Below are positions 22,101 through 31,100 of a DNA stretch of 33,446 nt, piece after piece. A program made the translations under genes and the position numbers. Source of the DNA: Thraustochytrium aureum (Eukaryota); the NCBI GenBank assembly GCA_012862495.1, contig BLSG01000208.1:1-33446 (forward strand). Direction: 5' to 3'. Numbering within the stretch: position 1 is the stretch's first letter; each line of letters opens with the position of its first letter. A model generated the notes under the pieces. The model was not told the origin of the DNA. It made no database searches and was given only the letters and a program-made list of their open reading frames with translations.

Positions 22101-25100
22101 CGACACCACGACGCTGGATTGTGGCCGCTTGTTGAGTCGCACGCCGTACTCGTCCGGCGTTTCGGAGCCTTCGACAACGCTGACATGGTCAACATTGAAA
22201 ACGAGACGCCCACTCGCGTCACTGTCCTGGCCTGCGGGTCCAGAGGTTCGAACGCCCCGAATGGCGCTCTTCTCGAGCAAGGCTCGCGCGTTTGCGGCCC
22301 AGGAGCTAGAGGGCGTGGGCGCGCGTTCCGCGTCTAGAACGGCGAAGTAAAGGTCGTAGGCCGCATTGGCATCGAGGCCCTCTAAGCGGACAACCTGCTC
22401 CACGAAGGCGGCGGGAACGGTGGCTTGCACAACTATGGCGTCCTCCTCGTCCACAGCCCCGCCTTGCTCCTTAAATCCGACAATTTCCTCGAGCGAAGGC
22501 GCGGGACTGCCAGATGCCAAAGCGTACACCTTGACAGCCCCAGGTTTGCTGAGAGCGAGCTTGACAACGAGGGTTGACTCGAGCGCAGCTTCGAGGCGAG
22601 GCCAGGTGTCAAACTTGACCAGACGCTCGGCATTTACGGTATCCTCCTCGGGGGCCGATTCGCTACGTTGTTTCCCATGCATGCGCGAGCGACCGCCTCG
22701 GACGTTGCCATCAGCCACCTTTCCGCTCTCCCCGCAAATGCAGCCGCCGCGTTCGCCTCTCTGGTTGACGCACCACCCACCGTCGCCACCCCCNNNNNNN
22801 NNNNNNNNNNNNNNNNNNNNNNNNNNNNNNNNNNNNNNNNNNNNNNNNNNNNNNNNNNNNNNNNNNNNNNNNNNNNNNNNNNNNNNNNNNNNNNNNNNNN
22901 NNNNNNNNNNNNNNNNNNNNNNNNNNNNNNNNNNNNNNNNNNNNNNNNNNNNNNNNNNNNNNNNNNNNNNNNNNNNNNNNNNNNNNNNNNNNNNNGGGCG
23001 CTGCACTGTAAGGGCCGCAGGAGCAACCCGACCACTTGCCATTCCCCATGAAGCATGAGCAATCGTCGGGCGTCAAGCATTGGCAGCTGTGAACGCAAGG
23101 CACCCCAGGCACCAAGAAGGTCCCGGACAGACCGTCGGTAACACATGGCAAGGCATCCTGGCCCTGCTGCTCGTTGCCTCCCGCGACAGCCTTGCGCGCG
23201 AGGTCTGAGCAAAGCGTGGCTGACGTGCTGTCGAGCTGAAGCGCCATCTCGCGCGCACCCGCAGCAAATGCGCGCTCTGACAGCTCCGAGCGCAGTGCCT
23301 GGTATGTGCCATGGAAGGTATCACAGAATGCTTCGCATTCGGCTTGCGACAAACACGTGAGGCTGATCTGAAACCACAATCCACCACTGAAGGACGCGTC
23401 GTCCTGGTGCAGGGTTGGGCCCGATTTCGCGGCGTGGCCTTGCGAAGACCTTCGTGTTGTCACCGCAGTGGCATTGTCGCGCAATACTTTGGGCGGCGCT
23501 GCCAACTTTGACACTGTACTTGACGGAAGCATCCCTAGGTGCGACTCAACCGTCTTCAGCACCCGGCGGTCTCGAACCGGCTCGGGGTAGCGCAGTCCGC
23601 CGAGCCAAAGGTCGACGACAAACCTCGGGGCTTCTGCAGCGCCGCCTTGGCCTTCGTCTCGCTCACGAGGGTCCACGCCAAGCTCATCATCGCCGTCCTG
23701 GCCATCGCCGCCCACCGCGCCGGAGGCGCCCGCAAGGCGGCCAAGCGGCGGCCGAAAGTTGCCGCTTTGGCTCGGGCCAGAGCTTTCCGCCTCTATCAGC
23801 AAACGCCTACCGCCGCTCGCAAAGGTCGCGGAGACGTCGATGCGGAGCACGGTGCGGCGCTCGCCATTTACGACTACATTTGCTGGGAAGGCATCCACGG
23901 CGTAGGTGAACTCGGGCGGTCCAGTTGCTCTGAACGTGACGTCGTCCAGCCGCATGCGGCTGCGTTCGCTTAGGATGGGTGACACGCGAAGCGTTTCGCT
24001 ATAGAAACGATCGAGCGACACTACGACGCTGCCCGACAACGACACCTCCCCTTGGACGTCCAAGACCCCATACAGCGGCATCGCGCCACCTGCGGGATCC
24101 TCAAGAAGGTCCACCTGGATCGCGGAACGCGAGACCAAGTTGCCAGTCACCACTAGGACGCCAGAAGGATCGTTGGCGGACCCCGCGCGAAGGCTCCCGT
24201 CGTTCACCAGCGAGCCGTCCACGGTGACCGACCCAGAGAGCCGGCCATCAGCTTGCACCGTGAATCCTCCCACGTCGTCGTTGGAGACAGGGGCCATGTC
24301 CGCCAGGAGAAAGGCTGGCACGAGGTCGAGGATGGCCGAGCGCGGCGCGGCAAGGGAGATGACACCGCCGGCAAACTGGGCCGTGCCGTGGATGTCGAAC
24401 TCGCCCGTGTTTAGGATGCCGACCTCACTTGAAAGCGTCGCATCCTGGTCCACGACAAAGCTGCCGAGACAGACCACTTGGTCCACGCTCGTGACCAGCC
24501 CTCCGTCACCCGGGCCAGCTCCAAGTTGCAGAGCATTGACGCTGTCCTCGCTCAGGAGCAGCTCTGCCCCTGGCATCACGAAGATCTCGCCCGTGCTACT
24601 GAGGCTACGCGTCACCACAACAAGCGCCCCCGCCCGCACGGCGAGTTGACCTGATTCGTGCAATGTGAGGTCTGCAATCACGGCTCCGCGTTCAGAGTTC
24701 CCGGCCGCGGCCGCGTCGTTTCCAACAATAACGACGCCGTAGCAGTCCATGAACCCCTCGAGCGAAGCCGTGCCAGAAATTGCAAGCTGCCCGCTGAGAA
24801 TCGTGATGAGGCCACTCGGCGCTGATGCTAAGGGCCCGTTGAGCTCGGCCGAGGACGTGTTGGCCACCAGTGCGCCAGCGACCTGCAGGATCGCACCGGG
24901 AGTCGTCATGAACGCGCCTGTGCTCCCGAGCACAAGCTCGCCGCCGGCCGCCACGCTGAGCTCGCCTTCGTCCACTACCCAGTCGCCACCGAGGAGGTCC
25001 GCCTCGCCGTGGATCGCGACTCGCCCCCTTGCCAAAATAGTAAGGTTTCCGAAGGTCTCGAGCGTGCCGCCGATCTCAGCATCCGCATCGAGAATGAGGC

Positions 25101-28100
25101 GCCCGTCATTCGTGATCGCGCCTTCGCTGGAGAACTGCGCTTTGCCGCCGCCCCGCCCTGGCGCTGTCGCGCTTGGCGAGGCGATATGAAGCAGCCCCGT
25201 TGCGCTGACTAACACGACTCCACTGTTCGCAAACGGGCCGTGAAAGACGGCGCTGTCGCCCCAAAAGACTACTTGGCCTCCTGCCGCGACCACGACAGCT
25301 CCCCGCAGAAAAACCTCGCCCTGGACATCGGCCTTGGCCCGCGCCGCGACGGTCATCGCCCCGGCGCCTTCGAGCGGCCCATCCAGGCCCGCGTTGCCGC
25401 CGATCAGCATCGATCCGTCCAGCATGATTGAACCAGGCGAGATCAAGTCGCCCAAAAACGCAACGTCGCCGTCCGTGCCAATCGCGAGAGTCCCCAGGTT
25501 GCGAGTCGGCACAGCGAGCTGACAGGCCCCGCCAAGCTCCAAAGACGCGCCAACAGAGACATTGAGGACTGCGTGGAAGTCTGACGCGGCAAGTGGTCCC
25601 AGCGTCAGGCGGCCGTCCATGGCCCATGCCCCTGCAGGAGCGACAGCGACTGCCCCTGCACCTTCAAAGGTGCTCTGGGCAGAAGACGTGCACCGCTGCG
25701 ACGCACATGTAAAGGTCGAGCCGAGCCCCGCCGTGATCGCCCCCTCGTGGTCGAGGACCCCAGCCACAAACAGCGTCGCCGACGCGGACAAGTCGACGAG
25801 ACCACCTTCTTGGACCGAGAGACTGCCTGTTTCCGAAAAAGCCGCCCGGTCGCCAAGCTCCAGGACGCCGCTGACGATGAGGGTTCCGGAGCAGTCAAAG
25901 TCGCCGCTGAGGCGCGAGGGCCCCGTCGGGCGCGACCCTATGGTGAAGGTGCCTTGGTTTGAAGTGTGTCCCGTGCTGCGCAGGCGGCCGTTCGCGGTGA
26001 ACACTGCTCCCCGCGCCACCGCGAGCACGCCGTCAGACAGCCACTTTGCATCCCGGTCCATCACGACTTGATCCTCAATCGTAACAACAGCATCAGGACC
26101 TACTGCGACAGAGCCGGTCAACGTGGTGGATCCGCCCATCGTGGCGACGCACGAGCGCTCCACACTAAGCACACCATCGAGCTGGGCGCCCCCTTGGAGG
26201 TCTAGCTTCGCGTCGGCGCCGCGGCACGTCAAGGTGCCCCCGTCTCTGACTTGAGCTTGTCCGGGGCCAGCGAGTTCGGTTCCTTCGAAAGTGAGCGCCC
26301 CGGATTTTGTGACTTGCAGCGTGCCGCTGTTGGAAACAGCTACTTCGTGCGCCGCACGGGCTCGGCCGCCCGGCTTGCCTGGCTGAGAGCGCGCTGCAAG
26401 GTCCTGCGCAAATATCGAGCTGCCCTGGAAGCGGACCTTTCCTTCCGGCTCGACGACGATTTGCGAGCCCTCGTCTGCGGAAAAGTCGCCCTCAAAGACC
26501 AGGGCCGCCCGGCGCTCGACCGAGATGAAGGCCGCCCGCGTCATGTAAAAGGTGCCCCCGAAAAAGGTATTGCTGTCCACCTCGAGCTGGGCGCCGTCCA
26601 TGACCGTCGAGCCGGAATCAGAGACCACCAAATCGCCGCGCCCTGTCGTGGAGCTGCCGTACCCAAACTCAAGGTCGCCTTCGATTTCAGTGACGCTGTC
26701 AGACTCGAAAAGAGCAGTGCCGAAGAGAGCCAGCCCTCCGCCCTCTTGGACGAAGATGTAGCCGTTGCTGTCGAGACCTGCTTCGAAGGTGGCGTTACCC
26801 GTCGATGTCACGTAGATCGACCCCGTCAGGTACACGTCGAGCGCAAAGACCGTCTCGTCGTTGATTGTCAGGTTTCCGTCGATCGTGATGTTGCCCGTGC
26901 TCTCGAAAGGCCCCGCAAACTCCACGTGCGAGTCAGGTCCAATGTAGACCCGTCCGTAATTTTCGAAAGGGTGCTCGAAGAGGACGTTGAACCCATAAAA
27001 GCCGACGTCACCCTCATCCGCAACGGAGATCCCGCCGCGGTCGCTGAGGTCTCCGTTAAAGTCCACGGTAGCCCTTGGCCCAACGTCGATACGGACGTTT
27101 TGGGACTCGGCGAAGGCCAGCGCGACGGCGGCTTCGTGTTGTTCCGCGACGGAGAAAGCGACACTTCCACCGTTCGCCAATCCGGCCGCCGCTAGTGTCT
27201 GGTACGGCGTTGCGTCAAGCACTTGGCCCCACCGCGTTCGTAGTGAGTCGCTGATTCCGCTGGTCGCGCGCTCAGTGCGCACCCCCGAAGCGGATTCTGT
27301 CCCAATTGCAGCCAGAAACAACACCTCACTGAGCGCGGATTTCAAGTCATGTACCGTGCTCGCGGCGCAGGCCCGAACAGGGAGGATCCAGGTCAGCTCT
27401 GGCGAGTGCGTCGGCGAAAACTCGACGTCCAGGTTGACCACGAGGCCCTGCGACTTATCCACTGCCGCGCCAGGGCAGCGCACGGCAACGCGCTCGGGAC
27501 CATACGCAAACAAGTTGCGCTCAAAGGCCGTCACGACCGCGCGCGAGTCGACGCCAACGTGGATCTTACCATCGTTGACAACGTGGCCGTTCAGCGAGAC
27601 CGTGCCGGCGACGTGCATCGAAGAGCCAAGGTCGAGCGCTACCGAGCCTTCCCCAACGTATTTTGCGGTGCAGAGCAGGTGTCCGTCAGGCCCGAGGCCG
27701 ATGTGCCCGCGGTTTTCGACTCGGTTCGTCAGGAGCGAGTATCCTTCAAGGCGCAGTGTCCCCTCCACGATGACTCTGGCGGTAGAAACCAAAGGCCCTC
27801 TAAATACGACCAATTGACCGGCGGGAACGATGAGATCGGAATCAGTGAAGACCGTGCCTTTAAAGACCGTCGTGCTCGTGGTCGCCTTGGCGCTGTCAGC
27901 GCCACCCGAGTACCTGGCAGACTGCTGCAGGAGACGCCGCTTCGTCTTCTGGTCGATTAGTTCGAGAACGTGAAGGCGGCCCCCGCTCGCCAAGCGGACT
28001 GGCCCTTCAAGCGCGAGAGTCGCGGCAGAGCTAACAAACGCGCGCAAGGCACTGCCCTCTGCAACGTGAATGCGACCGGAAAGCGCGCCCGCGGGCTGGC

Positions 28101-31100
28101 CTTGCTGGAGACAACGCTCGCCGCTTGTCGAAGGAACCACAAAAGCCTGCGACCCGTCACGAAGGTCGAGACTCGCTCCAACGAGCAGGCGCAACGAGCA
28201 AGGCCCAACAAAGCTCGCTGTCGATGCGTTTCGGAGCTCAATCCTCGAACCCGCCGCAGCGACGAGAGACCCGCGAACGACGACGGCTCCGCGAACCAAG
28301 GCTTCGCGGCTCGCCAACGCCGCAGCCGAATAGACGTCTTTGCGACTCGGGGTCTCGTCGCGTAACAGGACCGCCGCGACGGGGCTCTGCAAGGCCGACC
28401 CTTGAACGAACCCGCCGAGACTGATTACAGGCGAAGTGGCGCCGAGCTTCCACGTCGCCTCTGGGCCGACCAAGATCGCTCCTCGATTTAGCACCCCAGA
28501 GCTCGCCTCGAACACGCCGCGCGAAAGAGTGAGCACGCCGTCGTTGACAAGAGCAAAGTCCACGGTGGAGGAGCCCCGGACGTCAAGCGCACCAAGGTTT
28601 CGAAGGACGCATTTCCTTTGGAGACCAGAGCAGCGGAGAGCTGTGCCGTCCGCAAGCGCAAGGCGGCCGCCGCTGTGCACAGTCCACTGCGTTCTCTCCG
28701 AAAGCTGCAAACCGCCAAACGGCTCGAGCTCCCAGGCACCAAAACTGTCGACCTGCGCAAGATCCACGAGAGGCAGCATCGCTGACGAGGAATGCTCGTC
28801 AGTCTCGTGCGCTGCGGAAGCGCCGTCGGGCTCCGCCACGACGACGTCACCAAACACGAGAAGGAACGCGGTGCTCGACCCAGTCAGCGTGACGGAACCC
28901 CCAAGCCGAAGCAGGCCACCTGGCAGGACCACGATGCCTTGCTCTAAATGAATGTGCCCAGCATTGGAGAGGTCCAACTCGCCGCCGCGCGCAACAACGC
29001 TCAATCGGCCGACGCGCATGCTCCCAGAAATCCGAAGCCGCTTTTTGGCGCCGCCAAGGGCGCCTTTGGCAGTGTTGGGCCCCAAGAAAAACCCGTCCAG
29101 CAAAACCATGTTCAGGCTGTCCCTGCTTCCCTCAATTGCCAAATCCGGCTCTGCCATCGAGCTAAAATCGTAAAAGCTCAGTATCACGTGAGCCATGGCG
29201 TCCAATGCCGGACCGAGGTCTGTTGCAAGCCTGCAACCGTGCCGCTGCTGGCACAAAAAGTCGGCTCGGTGCAGACTTGCGTAGTCTAGGGCGTCGAGGA
29301 GGCCGTAGCGGAGCGAGCTCGTGACTCCCAGGACCCGAAGCGCCGCGTCGTCGTCCAAGCGGGCGGCGAACCGCGCACCGACCAAAGACCGCACGTCGCC
29401 CAAGCGCTCCATGGCCCTCGCAGGCCCAGCTAGCACGGCCAGACCGCCGTTGAAAAGGCCCCTGTAGGCGTCATGCCACTGAGCCAAAGCTGCGCGTTCC
29501 TCGGCACCTTCAAAGTGCGTTTGATTGAGGCGACCTCCATCAACGCCAGGAAGGGAAGCTGGGCCAGATGTCGCCCCGCAGGCGCCACAGGACCCGCGGT
29601 CGCAGTCGAAAGCGGGGCAGTTGAAGCGAAGGACGACACCCGAGTCTGACACAAAGGTTCCGTCGTCGCAAACGTCGTCGTCCAGGTGCTGCTCGCAAGA
29701 TGTATAGCCGAGCGCTTTCGAGGAGCAGTCGCGGTTGGACACTTTGACGCCGTCGCAGTCGCGTATCCACTCGTCCCCGCCGACAGGCGCTTTGCATTTT
29801 CCAAGCACATGGTCGCAGAACTGCGATCCGCAGTCCTCGTGAGCGGCGCAAGCGGCCCCATTCGCACATGCCCCGCAAAACGGCCCGCCGCAGTCCACGT
29901 CGGTCTCTTCTCCATTCAACACCCCGTCGCCACATGAGGACGCCACGCAGACGCCTTCAGAACTGCATCGACCCGTTCCGCAATCCGATCGACCAGACAA
30001 GTCGAAACGCCTACATCTGAGCACGGCAGCACTGCGCACCACCGCAGTCTACGTCAGTCTCACGGCCGTTCTGAATGCCGTCTCGGCAGGTCTCTGGGCG
30101 GCACACTCCATCAACCTGAGCACAGAAAAGTCCCGCGGCGCAGTCCGCACCTCGGGCGCAGGTCTGGCCAGCCCCGCACGCCACGCAATCCGCGCCAGCA
30201 CAGTCGACGTCTGACTCGTCCCAGTCTTGCAGACCATTTCCGCAGTGCGCGGCGAGACAAACCCCGTCCGACGGGGAGCAGAAGGCCGACGCGCAGTCAG
30301 CGCTGGACAGGCAAGCGCGCTTCGCGTCGCAAGGAGCGCAATCCGGGCCGCCGCAGTCCACGTCCGTCTCGCTCAGGTCCTGCACAGCGTTCGCGCAGGA
30401 CGAGAGCACGCAGACGGCAGCGCTGGAATCGCATTCGAGCCCCACCGCACAATCTTTCGGATCACCGCACGCTTGCCGCGGCCCACATTTCAGGTCGCAT
30501 GGACCTCCGCAGTCGACGTCGCCCTCGCCCTGGTTGAGGACACCGTCGNNNNNNNNNNNNNNNNNNNNNNNNNNNNNNNNNNNNNNNNNNNNNNNNNNNN
30601 NNNNNNNNNNNNNNNNNNNNNNNNNNNNNNNNNNNNNNNNNNNNNNNNNNNNNNNNNNNNNNNNNNNNNNNNNNNNNNNNNNNNNNNNNNNNNNNNNNNN
30701 NNNNNNNNNNNNNNNNNNNNNNNNNNNNNNNNNNNNNNNNNNNNNNNNNNNNNNNNNNNNNNNNNCAGAGTCGCAGCCCATCCCAGCGGCACAATCGGCG
30801 TTCCCGCGGCAAACCGACCCCGTCTGGTTGCAGGGCATGCACGCTGGACCACCACAATCCGCGTCCGTTTCATCGGCGTCCTGCAAACCATTGGTGCAGT
30901 GCTTGGGCTGCAGGGCGCGCCTCCGTAGGAGGGGCTCCCTGGGCAAGCACTGGCCCAGGAGCACGTCGCACGCGTGATCTGGCGCCCCGCAGTCAGCATC
31001 TCGCTCGCAGCCCGCCCCAGTCGCGTTGCACGCAGCGCACTGTCTACCGCCGCAGTCCACGTCGGTCTCGTTGCCGTTCATCACGCCGTCTGCACAGGAA

